Counted from the first letter of the stretch, positions 17,069 to 27,541 are shown. The stretch: 64,000 bases of DNA from Candidatus Kerfeldbacteria bacterium (GCA_016214565.1 JACROE010000002.1:984007-1048006); one strand, 5' to 3'. A program made the numbers and translations. Notes: generated by a model not told the origin, from the letters alone.

Positions 17069-17743
17069 TTATTTTTCCTTTATCGCTTTTGAGTATTCGG
17101 TATGCCAGGTGCAGAAAGGACAATCAGGAGCAGGTTTTGGCATTTTGCCATTCAATACTGATATGGCCTTCTTAAAAGCTTCAAATGAGTGCTGCGGGTC
17201 AGTCTTGAGAGTTTTCAAAGTAATTTCCATGGGGAACCGATTGTGTAGGTCATCCGATTGTGCTGGATAAAAATACAATAAATGGCCAATGCCACTCGAG
17301 GGTCGATTGTTTTTTTCTAACAGAAAAGCGTACGTATCAAGCTGCATTTGATATGCCGGAATCATTGGCCGTTCATTTGGATCAGAACTAGATGTTTTGT
17401 GATCTACAGGCGTGTAGGTACCCTTCTTGGTGACTAAACACTCATCGAGCTTACCCATTAAGCCATAATCCTCATCGTGATGGTAGAAATATACTTCCTG
17501 GAATGGATGCTGGAGTGTGCCATCGACTTTGCCTTCGAGAAGTGGCGGCAATTCGCCAATTGGTCGGTAGAGGTCAAAATATTTTTTTATAATCACGTCA
17601 AACCGGTTTGCCAATCGGGAGACAATCCCCTCTGGTTGGCGCAATTTTTTCTTATACTGAAGCCAAAAACATCGAGGGCATCGGTTAACGGTTTCTAAGC
17701 CAGTTGGTGAAAGCCAGATTTTCTTTTTTTGGGAATACGCCAT
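17069..17743 (-). CDS. Cas4-like PD-(D/E)XK nuclease with an Fe-S-type Cys pattern (DUF83 / RecB-nuclease-like)
   Basis: N-terminal ETVNRCPRCFWLQY, the Cas4 hallmark Y..CPR. Putative catalytic GKLDE...TPVDHK (D...D/ExK). C-terminal CPFCTWH. Four Cys in total. Confidence 0.5.
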   Translation of the reverse strand: MAYSQKKKIWLSPTGLETVNRCPRCFWLQYKKKLRQPEGIVSRLANRFDVIIKKYFDLYRPIGELPPLLEGKVDGTLQHPFQEVYFYHHDEDYGLMGKLDECLVTKKGTYTPVDHKTSSSDPNERPMIPAYQMQLDTYAFLLEKNNRPSSGIGHLLYFYPAQSDDLHNRFPMEITLKTLKTDPQHSFEAFKKAISVLNGKMPKPAPDCPFCTWHTEYSKAIKEK

Positions 17744-17751
17744 AATAGATT

Positions 17752-18600
17752 CTATTTAAAATAAACGCGGTCGCCAATGCGCAGGTCAATATATTCACGA
17801 GGGTTTTTTTCTGCAATTACTCCTTCACTGACGATACGCCGCAGTTTTTCCAGCTGACTCTCAACAGCGCTGCTCGTATCAAAATAAATTGCGTATGGTT
17901 GATCAATAATATGTACCTTCAGTTGGGTAGACAATTTATTCGCCAGTGAGTAATTAAAAATTGGCAGGCTTGGGATTTCTTTTATCGCGGCGTGAACCGT
18001 GGAAATAAAACTTATTTTTTCTGAATCAAAAATTTCTTGTCCAATTGAAACGCCTTCCATTGAGTCATCTATAATCTGTGCCATGCCACTCCCCTCTTGC
18101 GTGATATCAGCAATAGCTCGAATAATAATACCTTGATTATTAACAAAATAGTAGGCGTTTTGGGAATACCAAATAAGCGAGGGGGGCGTTTCGGTAACCG
18201 TAATAGATATTGTTTTCTTAAAAAGTTGTACGTCAATAGTCGCTACGCTAAAAGCAAAGGCGTCTTTAATATGCTGCCCCTCGCGTGTTTCATCAAAAGC
18301 AAATAAATTTGATTGCGGTATGAGACCCCAGCGATGTTTTTTTAAATCTTTTGTAATAGTTGAAAAAACAGCGCGTGCTTGATCGTTATTGGTACCGGTT
18401 ATTTGGACCGTCGCCACTGCCAACCAAGGGCTCAGCAGCAAGAAATAAATGATTGCAAGCAACAGGCAGATGCCTGCCCAAGCCACCAGGCCAAAATGCT
18501 CAATCACAAAAGATTTCCAATTTCGCTGGACATTAATCGGGTTCTGGTGATAGCCAGATGATTCCCCTCCACGGTAACGGTATGATACAGGGATTGGCAT
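17752..18600 (-). CDS. ftsQ: Cell division protein FtsQ/DivIB-like (single TM + POTRA)
   Basis: N-terminal cytoplasmic tail, one TM (LVAWAGICLLLAIIYFLLL), and a POTRA-like region beginning VQITG. Sits directly downstream of ddl, as in dcw clusters. Confidence 0.6.
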   Translation of the reverse strand: MPIPVSYRYRGGESSGYHQNPINVQRNWKSFVIEHFGLVAWAGICLLLAIIYFLLLSPWLAVATVQITGTNNDQARAVFSTITKDLKKHRWGLIPQSNLFAFDETREGQHIKDAFAFSVATIDVQLFKKTISITVTETPPSLIWYSQNAYYFVNNQGIIIRAIADITQEGSGMAQIIDDSMEGVSIGQEIFDSEKISFISTVHAAIKEIPSLPIFNYSLANKLSTQLKVHIIDQPYAIYFDTSSAVESQLEKLRRIVSEGVIAEKNPREYIDLRIGDRVYFK

Positions 18601-18603
18601 AGG

Positions 18604-19731
18604 TTAATGGTACCAATTGCTCTTTGGCTGGTATGAGGTAAGCAAGTTCTTCTTTTGCTTAAATCGTTCAAGAGCGAGCGCTATAAGTTTTTCTAGCAGT
18701 TTAGAATAGGACAGCCCCGACGCCTGCCACAGCTTCGGATACATAGAGATCGAGGTAAATCCCGGAATAGTATTAATTTCATTCAAAAATACCCGGCCAT
18801 CTTTTTTTGATACGAGGAAATCCACCCGGGCTAAACCAGCGCAATTGCAGGCGGTAAAAGCCTGGACTGCCCACCGCTGAATGGCGGTTATAATGTTTTT
18901 GGGCAGGCGGGCGGGAATCTGGTCAAAGGACTTGCCGTCTACATACTTCGCATCATAATCATAGAACTCATTTGAAGAAATTATTTCTCCGGGCAGTGAT
19001 GCTTGGGGCTGGTCATTACCCAGCACCGCCACTTCAATTTCCCGCGGTTGAACAACCGCTTTTTCTATAATAATTTTGCGATCGTAGCGGCCGGCGTAGC
19101 GAATGGCAGCAATCAGGTCTCGCTGTGTTTTCACCTTTGATATGCCGACGGACGAACCCAGATTGGCCGGTTTCACAAACACCGGATAACCTAATTGCTG
19201 AACCGCGCGTAACACAGTAGCGCGTCGCTTCGATAGGTCGTCGAGTTTGACAGAGGTGTAGGGCACTACCGGAATGTCCAACTGTTGACATACCTGCTTT
19301 TGTACGACTTTATCCATGGCCACGGCAGAACCAAGCACGCCAGACCCGACGTACGGAATGTTAGCAAGCTCCAACAAGCCCTGGATCGTGCCATCTTCGC
19401 CGTATGGTCCGTGCAGCACTGGAAATACAACATCGAGCGTAGATAATTGGTGCTCAATTTTTTTCTTGGTCCTTACCGTTACCAATCCACGAGCATTCGC
19501 GTCCGGTGTAATAATCGACTCTGAAGGTGTCGAAAGCTGCGTGTTACCTTTAAGCCGTCGCAGTGGATTTGCCTCGGTGACCCAGGCGCCGGATTTAGTT
19601 ATACCAATCGGAACAACCTCAAATTTTTTCGGATTTAAATGCTGCATCACGGACGTGGCTGAAACAAGCGAAACTTCATGCTCGCTTGAGCGTCCGCCAA
19701 AAATGATGCCTATTCTAATCCGTTTAGCCAT
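18604..19731 (-). CDS. ddl: D-alanine--D-alanine ligase
   Basis: RIGIIFGGRSSEHEVSLVSA N-terminus and the ATP-grasp motifs (EINTIPG). Confidence 0.9.
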   Translation of the reverse strand: MAKRIRIGIIFGGRSSEHEVSLVSATSVMQHLNPKKFEVVPIGITKSGAWVTEANPLRRLKGNTQLSTPSESIITPDANARGLVTVRTKKKIEHQLSTLDVVFPVLHGPYGEDGTIQGLLELANIPYVGSGVLGSAVAMDKVVQKQVCQQLDIPVVPYTSVKLDDLSKRRATVLRAVQQLGYPVFVKPANLGSSVGISKVKTQRDLIAAIRYAGRYDRKIIIEKAVVQPREIEVAVLGNDQPQASLPGEIISSNEFYDYDAKYVDGKSFDQIPARLPKNIITAIQRWAVQAFTACNCAGLARVDFLVSKKDGRVFLNEINTIPGFTSISMYPKLWQASGLSYSKLLEKLIALALERFKQKKNLLTSYQPKSNWYH

Positions 19732-19736
19732 ACGTA

Positions 19737-19955
19737 TTACGTTTCCTTTTCGGTTGGCTCGTCTGGTTTATGCTCCCAGAGGCCGGATCCATCTACATAT
19801 TCGGGATGCCCTGAATCACTACCAGCCATGCACGAGGTGCATTCGCCAAAAGTTTCACCGGCTCGGTAGTGGTGGGAAAATCCGCAAGGAGAGCAAACGT
19901 AATTCCCTTCGAGCGGGACAATTTCTCCTTTATCAAATACTTTGGTTTCTTGCAT
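19737..19955 (-). CDS. Small zinc-ribbon protein (C-x2-C ... C-x2-C)
   Basis: 72 aa. CSPCGF...C..CTSC. It fills the alr-ddl gap exactly, with 6-8 bp spacings. Confidence 0.45.
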   Translation of the reverse strand: MQETKVFDKGEIVPLEGNYVCSPCGFSHHYRAGETFGECTSCMAGSDSGHPEYVDGSGLWEHKPDEPTEKET

Positions 19956-19962
19956 AGGTAGT

Positions 19963-21087
19963 TTATGCCACGATTATACGTGGAATTAATGGGTTTATTC
20001 GAGTGACAATTTCATAGTTGATAGTTCCTGCGTGATGCGCTAAGTCGTCTGCAGATATCCGTACGGCTCCAGTATAGCCAATGAGCGTGGCTCTGTCACT
20101 TGCCGCGACGCTCGACACTCCGGTGACATCCACCATCATGAGATTCATGCAAATCCGGCCACGGACCGGGCATTTCTTGCCTTTTATAATTACCGAAGCG
20201 ACATTAGACAGCTTTCGATCATAGCCATCCCAATAGCCAACCGGCAGTATAGCTAATTTCATAGCGTGTGCTGAGCGGTATGTTTGGCCATATCCAATGC
20301 GACTTCCCGCCGGAATTTCTTTTACTTGGATGACACGCGTGTGCCAGGATAAGGCAGGCAGCAAGCGGACTGAGGTATGTTTCGATTCAATTGAATTCAG
20401 CCCATACAATGCGATACCGGCACGAACGAGGTCAAGATGAGTCCTCGGGTTAAGCATGAGGGCGGCTGAACAGGCCGCATGTTTAATTGGTATGCGTATT
20501 CCGGCAGTTTCAATGGATGTTATGACATTTGCAAATAGCGCGTGCTGTCGTTTGGTAACTTTTTGATCGGGGTTTTCTGCATCAGCAAAATGGGTAAAAA
20601 TCCCCTCCACCACTAGGTGATCAAGTGCTCTTAATTTGAGCGCGAGTCGAACCGCGTCAGCAGGTAGCACGCCAAGGCGAGATGTGCCGGTGTCTATTTT
20701 CAAATGGACATAGGCCTTCACTTGTAGCTGTTTTGCTACTGCATTAATTGATCGGGCAGCAGATAGCCCGTATACCGGTAGCCGGATTTTTTTTCGAATG
20801 ACATCAGAGAGTAAGGCGGGGTCGAAAAAACTCAAGATAAGAATTTTAGCGTGGCGGTTTAATTGCCGCAATCGAAGCGCTTCATCTGCATTTACCACGC
20901 CAATCCAGGCTGTCCGCGCTGCAGTTAGGATTTTCGTGAGCTGCTCAAATCCATGTCCGTATGCGTTGCTTTTAATAATCGGCATGAATTGGGTGCCGGG
21001 CGAAAGCAAACGTCGCAGCGTGCGGATGTTATGCAATATCGCGCTGCGTGAAATTTCCACCCAGGTGATTGGCAGGTGTTGAGACAT
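19963..21087 (-). CDS. alr: Alanine racemase
   Basis: PLP-binding motif MPIIKSNAYGHG and the racemase C-terminal domain. Confidence 0.85.
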   Translation of the reverse strand: MSQHLPITWVEISRSAILHNIRTLRRLLSPGTQFMPIIKSNAYGHGFEQLTKILTAARTAWIGVVNADEALRLRQLNRHAKILILSFFDPALLSDVIRKKIRLPVYGLSAARSINAVAKQLQVKAYVHLKIDTGTSRLGVLPADAVRLALKLRALDHLVVEGIFTHFADAENPDQKVTKRQHALFANVITSIETAGIRIPIKHAACSAALMLNPRTHLDLVRAGIALYGLNSIESKHTSVRLLPALSWHTRVIQVKEIPAGSRIGYGQTYRSAHAMKLAILPVGYWDGYDRKLSNVASVIIKGKKCPVRGRICMNLMMVDVTGVSSVAASDRATLIGYTGAVRISADDLAHHAGTINYEIVTRINPLIPRIIVA

Positions 21088-21089
21088 GA

Positions 21090-22358
21090 TTACGACGTAA
21101 TTGAAGTTAAACCAAAGGTAAATGGATGCAGTACTTTTGGTATGGCGATTGATCCGTCGGCCCGCTGATGCTGTTCAAGGATGGCAATCAAGGTACGCGG
21201 GGTCATCGCGGTTGCATTGAGGATATGCACAAACTGAGTTTTGCCTTCCTTGGTTTTATAGCGGATATTATTCAAACGTGCTTGATAATCGGTACAATTG
21301 GACGCAGAATGGGTTTCACGGTATTTCTTCTCGGACGGTATCCAACATTCGAGATCGGTGACGCGCGATGACGGACGTGGCAAATCCCCGGTGCATACGG
21401 CGAGTAAATGATACGATAACTCCAGTTGAGATATGATTGACTCCTGTAGGGCGACGAGCTCATCGAAGACTTTAACTGCGTTGTGTGGAGTCGTCAGCAC
21501 GACCAATTCTTGCTTATCGAATTGATGGACTCGTAAGATTCCTTTAGTGTCTTTACCGTAGCTTCCCGCTTCTCGTCGGAAGCAGCTGGAGTATGTGGTA
21601 TATTTTCGCGGCAAATCAGTTTCCTGAAGTATTTCGTCGCGGTGATATGGCAAGAGCGCGTGCTCGCCTGTTCCTACCAAATACAGCCCATCCTGTTCCA
21701 ATAGATAAGCCTCACCCCCCTCAACATACGAATCGTAGCCACTATCAACCATAACTTCTTTTTTAACCAACACCGGTGAATAAAAAGGCGTAAAGCCAGC
21801 CTTTAAGATTTCTTGTAGCGTAAATTGCACTAAGGCATTCCACAGGATTGCCCCACGCCCCGTCAAAAACCCAAAGCGTGAGCCGCTAATTTTTGCCGCT
21901 CGTTCAGTATCAATCAATCCATGTCGCTCTGCCAATGTGACGTAGTCAAGGGGTGTGAAGGAAAACTTTGTTTGCTCACCAACAACTCTTATTTCTTTAT
22001 TATCTTTATCCGTGGCTCCATTTGGTGTTTCTGCTGCAGGTAGATTTGGTATTTTTCGCAAACTGTCTTGCAGTGTTACTTCACAAGTCCGCAAGTCCGC
22101 TGTCAGTGACTCTTCTTGGCTTTTAAGTTTTGCAAATTTGGCAATCGCTTTTTTCTTTTCTGCGTCAGCAAGTTTCAAAATCTCTTTGGAAAAAGAGTTT
22201 TTTTGTGCATTAATCACTTCGAGTTCTTGGGAAAGTTTCTTTCGTTTTTCATCAACACTGAGAATACTGGTAATTTCATCGGCAAAACGTTTGCTTCGTC
22301 GTTGTAATGCTTTTTTTACCTCTTCTGTATTCGAACGAATGTATTTAATGTCGAGCAT
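21090..22358 (-). CDS. serS: Seryl-tRNA synthetase
   Basis: N-terminal coiled-coil tRNA-binding arm and class II motifs (FRREAGSYGKDTKGILRVHQF, GTGEHALL). Confidence 0.9.
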   Translation of the reverse strand: MLDIKYIRSNTEEVKKALQRRSKRFADEITSILSVDEKRKKLSQELEVINAQKNSFSKEILKLADAEKKKAIAKFAKLKSQEESLTADLRTCEVTLQDSLRKIPNLPAAETPNGATDKDNKEIRVVGEQTKFSFTPLDYVTLAERHGLIDTERAAKISGSRFGFLTGRGAILWNALVQFTLQEILKAGFTPFYSPVLVKKEVMVDSGYDSYVEGGEAYLLEQDGLYLVGTGEHALLPYHRDEILQETDLPRKYTTYSSCFRREAGSYGKDTKGILRVHQFDKQELVVLTTPHNAVKVFDELVALQESIISQLELSYHLLAVCTGDLPRPSSRVTDLECWIPSEKKYRETHSASNCTDYQARLNNIRYKTKEGKTQFVHILNATAMTPRTLIAILEQHQRADGSIAIPKVLHPFTFGLTSITS

Positions 22359-22364
22359 ATATAA

Positions 22365-22865
22365 TTATTGTTGAGGTTCGTCTCCCGGTGCTTGATTATC
22401 ACCATCGTGTCGATGTTCAAATCGAAATTCGATCCGGCCGAGAACCACTAATACAATTAATGCAGCAGCGGTAGCGATAAAGGCGATCGTGTACATACCC
22501 AGACCAACAGCCATGCCAAGAGCTGCCACTACCCAGATACCGGCGGCGGTCGTTAAACCATGAATTGATCCCCTGCCTTGGATAATAGCGCCAGCGCCGA
22601 GGAAGCCGATACCGGTGACTACCTGGGCAGCAATGCGGGTAATGTCCACGACGCCATTGGGATCATACTGGTTGATCGCACTTAATGAAATCAGCATCAG
22701 AACTGTAGCGCCAAGCGAAACCATTATATTAGTCCGCAACCCAGCCGGTTTATGATAAAATTTTCGTTCTAAACCAATAATGCCGGACAAAAGTAAAGAG
22801 AGTCCGATACGGATAATAATATCCAATGTGGTTAATTCGCCTATTGTTTCTGGGGTTGGTGTCAT
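22365..22865 (-). CDS. MgtC/SapB family membrane protein
   Basis: IIIRIGLSLLLSGIIGLERKFYHKPAGLRTNIMVSLGA is the MgtC signature. Confidence 0.75.
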   Translation of the reverse strand: MTPTPETIGELTTLDIIIRIGLSLLLSGIIGLERKFYHKPAGLRTNIMVSLGATVLMLISLSAINQYDPNGVVDITRIAAQVVTGIGFLGAGAIIQGRGSIHGLTTAAGIWVVAALGMAVGLGMYTIAFIATAAALIVLVVLGRIEFRFEHRHDGDNQAPGDEPQQ

Positions 22866-22872
22866 ATAGTTG

Positions 22873-23430
22873 TTACAGTCCTAATGTTTGATGAATATTT
22901 TGAAGTGCGGTAAGCACGATGGTTACATGTTCGTCTAGTGGCAAATTCAGTTCAGCTGCGCCTTGGCGTATTTCATCGCGATTTACCTGTCGGGCGAATG
23001 CGGGTTGATTAATCTTTTTAATCACTGACTCCACGGTGACTTCGGATAATTTTTTATTGGGGCGGACAAGCGCTACCGCGACAATCAATCCACATAATTC
23101 GTCAACTGCGAATATTGCCTTTTTTGCTTGCGTGTCCCGTGGTTTGCCGGTGTGAGCCGCGTGCGCTAGGATTGTTTCGATAAAATCATCCGCATACCCC
23201 TTTGTACGAAGTATTTCACTACCGCGATATGGATGGTCTTTTAAGTCGGGGTAGCGTTCGTAATCGAAGTCATGCAAAAGGCCAACCATCCCCCACCAAT
23301 CAACGTCTTCTTCAAATTTCGTCGCATATGCACGCATAGCGGCTTCAACCGCAAACATATGCTTTTGCAGGTTAGGATTTTGAACGTACTCGTTAAGTAG
23401 TAAAAGTGCGTCTGCTCTAGTCGGCGTCAT
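22873..23430 (-). CDS. HD-domain phosphohydrolase
   Basis: H...HD...H...D pattern (LLHDFDYERYP...HAAHTG). Confidence 0.7.
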   Translation of the reverse strand: MTPTRADALLLLNEYVQNPNLQKHMFAVEAAMRAYATKFEEDVDWWGMVGLLHDFDYERYPDLKDHPYRGSEILRTKGYADDFIETILAHAAHTGKPRDTQAKKAIFAVDELCGLIVAVALVRPNKKLSEVTVESVIKKINQPAFARQVNRDEIRQGAAELNLPLDEHVTIVLTALQNIHQTLGL

Positions 23431-24934
23431 GATCAGTCACAGGCTTAAGCGTGGGAAATAAAATAACTTCCTTTAAATTTTGAGAATCAGTCAATAGTGC
23501 CACTAAGCGATCGATGCCAATTCCAATACCGGCGGTTGGGGGCATTCCATGAGACAGAGCTTCAATAAAGTCCTCGTCTATCCGCTGGGCTTCATCATCT
23601 CCTGCCGCGCGCATCTCTTCTTGGTTTGCAAATCGCGCACGTTGATCAATTGGATCATTTAATTCAGTAAAAGCATTGCATAATTCCGTGCGCCCAGCTA
23701 GCAGCTGAAATCGCTCAACGTAGCGTTCATTCCCAGAGCATTTTTTTGCCAATGGTGATAATTCAATCGGGTACTCGATAATAAATGTAGGATCGATTGT
23801 ATTTTTTCGTACGGTTTCCTTAAATAGCTCATCCATCAGCTTGGCTCTATTCGATTTGGGATCGAATGATACTGCTCTTGCAGTCAGTGCTTTTCGCAAG
23901 TCGTCATCACTCGCTGTATCAATATCCACTTTTGCATTGTGCTTTATTGCGTCGCGAAATTTAGTAATGTGATACGGAGCGGTAAAATTAATTTCCTGAT
24001 TGTGAGTTGTAATGGTCAAAGTACCGTGCAAAGCTTGCACAATTGAAGTAATTATCGTTTCGGTAAATTTCATCATCTGCGCATAATCCCAATAAGCGGC
24101 ATACATTTCAATTTGGGTAAACTCAGGATTATGATCACGATCAATACCTTCATTACGAAAACATCTCGCGATTTCGTATACCTTTTCAAATCCACCGACA
24201 ATCAACCGCTTGAGATACAATTCAGGAGCAATCCGTAAATAAAGATCAGCATCCAACGCATTATGATGTGTGATGAAGGGGCGCGCTGTAGCACCGCCTG
24301 GAATTGATTGTAAAACCGGCGTATCAACCTCCATAAATCCTTCTGCCTCAACGACGCTTCGAAGGGTTTTGATTAACAGTGCTCGTTTGCGGAAAATATC
24401 TTTAATTCCTTCATTTGAAATAAGATCGAGGTAACGCTTACGATAACGGATTTCTACGTCGGATAAACCATGCCATTTTTCAGGTAACGGCAGTAGCGAT
24501 TTGCTGAGCATGCTGTAGTCAGTGGCAAGGATAGTTTTTTCGCCGCGTTTGGTGGTAAATGGAGTGCCCGTCAGACTAATAAAGTCGCCAATATCCACGG
24601 TGGTGCTAAATAAATCATATTGCCCGGCATTCATGGTGTCTTTTTTCAAATATCCCTGGATTGATCCGGAGTCATCTGTAATAGTGACAAAAGTAGAACC
24701 ACCGTGAGCTCGAATACTTTTAATTCGGCCCGGAATGGTCAGAGGTTTACCCGTACCCAAAAATTGATCGAATGATCGAACGATGTAATCGATGCTTTGC
24801 CGGCGACTTGTCCGCGGCGGATACGGATCTATGCCCGCTTGACGGAGTTGATCAAGTTTTTTAATCCGAATAAGATATTCTTCGTCGATTCGAGACATGC
24901 TAAAAATATTAGTCAGTGAAGATAAGCATAGCAA
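23417..24934 (-). CDS. lysS: Lysyl-tRNA synthetase, class II
   Basis: OB-fold anticodon domain followed by class II motifs 1-3 (FRNEGIDRDHNPEFTQIEMY, GIGIDRL). A likely alternative start is the ATG at 24898 (MSRIDEEY). Confidence 0.9.
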   Translation of the reverse strand: MLCLSSLTNIFSMSRIDEEYLIRIKKLDQLRQAGIDPYPPRTSRRQSIDYIVRSFDQFLGTGKPLTIPGRIKSIRAHGGSTFVTITDDSGSIQGYLKKDTMNAGQYDLFSTTVDIGDFISLTGTPFTTKRGEKTILATDYSMLSKSLLPLPEKWHGLSDVEIRYRKRYLDLISNEGIKDIFRKRALLIKTLRSVVEAEGFMEVDTPVLQSIPGGATARPFITHHNALDADLYLRIAPELYLKRLIVGGFEKVYEIARCFRNEGIDRDHNPEFTQIEMYAAYWDYAQMMKFTETIITSIVQALHGTLTITTHNQEINFTAPYHITKFRDAIKHNAKVDIDTASDDDLRKALTARAVSFDPKSNRAKLMDELFKETVRKNTIDPTFIIEYPIELSPLAKKCSGNERYVERFQLLAGRTELCNAFTELNDPIDQRARFANQEEMRAAGDDEAQRIDEDFIEALSHGMPPTAGIGIGIDRLVALLTDSQNLKEVILFPTLKPVTDHDAD

Positions 24935-24986
24935 AAAAGGCCATATTTCGCAATAAAGTAGCCATTCGGGCTTATTTATTGATTGA

Positions 24987-25484
24987 TTAACTCACAATTG
25001 CTAATATCTCAATTTTTGTAGTGCCTTTAGGAAGGTCAATTTGAACTATATCCCCCTTTTTTTTGCCTAAAAAAGCCTGACCCAAGGGGGATTCGTTAGA
25101 AATAATACCCTGGGCTGGATCGGCTTCATTTGACCCGACTATGACATATTCTCGCTCGCCGGAATGATCTTTAATCCGTATCCGAGAGCCCACCCGGACA
25201 ATGCCGTCAGAACCTTTCGATTTTTGAATAATGGTAGCGTTTCTAATAATCGTCTCAATCTCCATAATGCGCCCCTCGACAAATCCTTGTTCATTTTTTG
25301 CTTCTACGTACTCGGCATTTTCTGAAAGATCACCGAGTTCTTTGGCAGATTGTATACGCTCAGCGATTTGTGCACGTTTAACATTCTTCAATTCATGAAG
25401 TTCTTTTTTGAGCTTTTCAAGCCCTACCATAGTAATAAATGTGTCTCGATCATTCATACTCGTATCATTAGTTGCGTATATCAA
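24987..25484 (-). CDS. greA: Transcription elongation factor GreA
   Basis: Coiled-coil NTD (GLEKLKKELHELKNVKRAQI...GDLSENAEY) plus the FKBP-like CTD. The true start may be the internal ATG at 25457. Confidence 0.85.
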   Translation of the reverse strand: MIYATNDTSMNDRDTFITMVGLEKLKKELHELKNVKRAQIAERIQSAKELGDLSENAEYVEAKNEQGFVEGRIMEIETIIRNATIIQKSKGSDGIVRVGSRIRIKDHSGEREYVIVGSNEADPAQGIISNESPLGQAFLGKKKGDIVQIDLPKGTTKIEILAIVS

Positions 25485-25612
25485 ATATCATCGAAATAAT
25501 AATCAGCACCGGCCATTCATAAATGGCATGGGCATGTGTTTATATATACGGCATTACTTATTTGCTGAGCAATTCTACTATCTCCTCATAATCATGTCAA
25601 GACAGTGCCGGA

Positions 25613-27541
25613 TTATTGAGGTCGGGGCACATCACGAAACCAATATTGAAGGCCCTTAAGCGCAACAGGAAGTGCGGCATCATTTCCCTCGCCACCTGCT
25701 TCGACAATGACCGCAATAGCGATTTCGGGGTTGTCAAATGGTGCATAAGCGGTAAACCAGGAGTGTGTTTTATTATCTGCTCCAAACTGCGCAGTTCCTG
25801 TTTTACCGCCAGCCGCCACTGGTAACTCTTGGAGACGTCGGGCGCTTCCACTTAATACTGCTTCACGCAGTGCATTTTGAACAGCCTTTAAGTTTTTTTC
25901 AGACGCAACATGATCCCTGATAATTTTTGGTTCAACAGGTTGAACATTGAGTCCGTCAGGGCTTGAAAATGAATCTGCCAGACGAGGCTGAAATACCGTA
26001 CCGCCATTTGCAATCATGGCGATGTAATTTGCCACCTGCAAAGGGGTAACCAGCAAATCTCCCTGTCCGATACTTAAATGATACGTGTCACCAATATACC
26101 AGCGCTCGCCTTTGGTTTCTTCTTTCCATTCTTTCGTCGGCAAAAACCCGTCTGATTCACCAGGCACATCAATACCCAGCAACGTATTTAAACCAAATTT
26201 TTCCAAATACGATCTGATTTTATCAACTCCCAGACCGGTGTGTGTTTCGTCCCCGCCGCCTACAAGATAAAAATACGTATTAACTGATTCGGCGATGGCT
26301 TTTGCTAGATTAGTTTGTCCATGACCACCCGCTTTCCAATCAGGAAAAAACCACTCTCCAATTCGAATTCCACCGGTACTGGAAACGGTTGTCTGTGGCG
26401 TTATTATTCCTTCCTCAAGTCCGGCTAGCGCTATTAAGGGCTTGATAGTCGATCCTGACGGGTATTCCCCTGAAACAGGCCGATTAAAAAGGGGGCGCTT
26501 ATCATTGGCAATAAGCTCAGCGTATCGATCGGCGGAAATACCCTTGTTGAATTCATTATTATCATATGTTGGCACCGAAACAAGCGCTCTGATGCCACCG
26601 GTTTTTGGATCAATAGCGACTGCTGCACCCCCTGTAACGTTTTTGTGACTGGACATGTATTCTGAAAGTGCTTCGCCTAGTGTTTTTTGCAATTCTGCAT
26701 CGATGGTCAATATAATATTTTTTCCTGGCGAGGGTAACTGTTCACTGAGAACTTTTATCTCTTTTCCTAATGAATCAACCTCTACTTCCTTTTTTCCGTA
26801 AGTTCCGCGAAGAGTTGATTCATAAAATTGTTCAATTCCCGAAGCACCAATAACATCATCGTATAAATATTCAGGATGTTCGGTTAACTGAGTTTCTGAA
26901 ATTTTGCTTAAATAACCAAGGTTGTGTGAAAAATATTCTCCGCCGGTATATTCTCGAAAAGTGTCTGCTTGAATCGTTATGCCGGGTAATGAAGCACTTT
27001 CAATTTGTAGTAACAGTGCAGTGTCATACGGTATGTGTTCAACGATAACCCGAGGCTCAAATAAGTACGGTTCAAGTGCATTTATTTTGTCAGATAGTTC
27101 TGATTCGTCTATACCAATTTTCGTACTCAGTTTGTTGATAATCGCAGCTCGCGTTGTTAAATCTTCGGGAAAATCAGCGGTTGTCACAGATAGTGTAAAA
27201 TTAGCCACATTACGCGCAAGTATCGTCCCATGGCGATCATATAGAATACCTCGAGGCGCTTTAACTTCATGAATTCGAATGCGATTATCTTCAGCGGCCG
27301 CCCGAAAATCACCACCTGAAATAATTTGCAAATACGCGGTTCTAAACAGCAATATTCCAAAAAATATAAGGATACCGATAAATACCCAACGCAACCGACG
27401 TACATCAAAATTGGACGTAAGATATGTATCAGAGTCCCTCGTTGGTATATACGAATTTTCTACCCAAGCCACACGGTACTGTCTCCGGCTGATATGACGA
27501 TTCTGCTCATCGCCTATTGAAAAAATGTCGTTGTGTTTCAT
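25613..27541 (-). CDS. mrdA: Penicillin-binding protein 2 (elongasome transpeptidase)
   Basis: N-terminal TM and dimerisation domain. Transpeptidase motifs SGSTIKP (SxxK), SxN, KTG(T). Follows mreBCD directly. Confidence 0.85.
   Translation of the reverse strand: MKHNDIFSIGDEQNRHISRRQYRVAWVENSYIPTRDSDTYLTSNFDVRRLRWVFIGILIFFGILLFRTAYLQIISGGDFRAAAEDNRIRIHEVKAPRGILYDRHGTILARNVANFTLSVTTADFPEDLTTRAAIINKLSTKIGIDESELSDKINALEPYLFEPRVIVEHIPYDTALLLQIESASLPGITIQADTFREYTGGEYFSHNLGYLSKISETQLTEHPEYLYDDVIGASGIEQFYESTLRGTYGKKEVEVDSLGKEIKVLSEQLPSPGKNIILTIDAELQKTLGEALSEYMSSHKNVTGGAAVAIDPKTGGIRALVSVPTYDNNEFNKGISADRYAELIANDKRPLFNRPVSGEYPSGSTIKPLIALAGLEEGIITPQTTVSSTGGIRIGEWFFPDWKAGGHGQTNLAKAIAESVNTYFYLVGGGDETHTGLGVDKIRSYLEKFGLNTLLGIDVPGESDGFLPTKEWKEETKGERWYIGDTYHLSIGQGDLLVTPLQVANYIAMIANGGTVFQPRLADSFSSPDGLNVQPVEPKIIRDHVASEKNLKAVQNALREAVLSGSARRLQELPVAAGGKTGTAQFGADNKTHSWFTAYAPFDNPEIAIAVIVEAGGEGNDAALPVALKGLQYWFRDVPRPQ

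Noticed and set aside
21955-22374. Antisense ORF of 139 aa within serS
   Set aside because: It lies fully inside the well-supported serS gene on the opposite strand. It is low-complexity and has no motifs.
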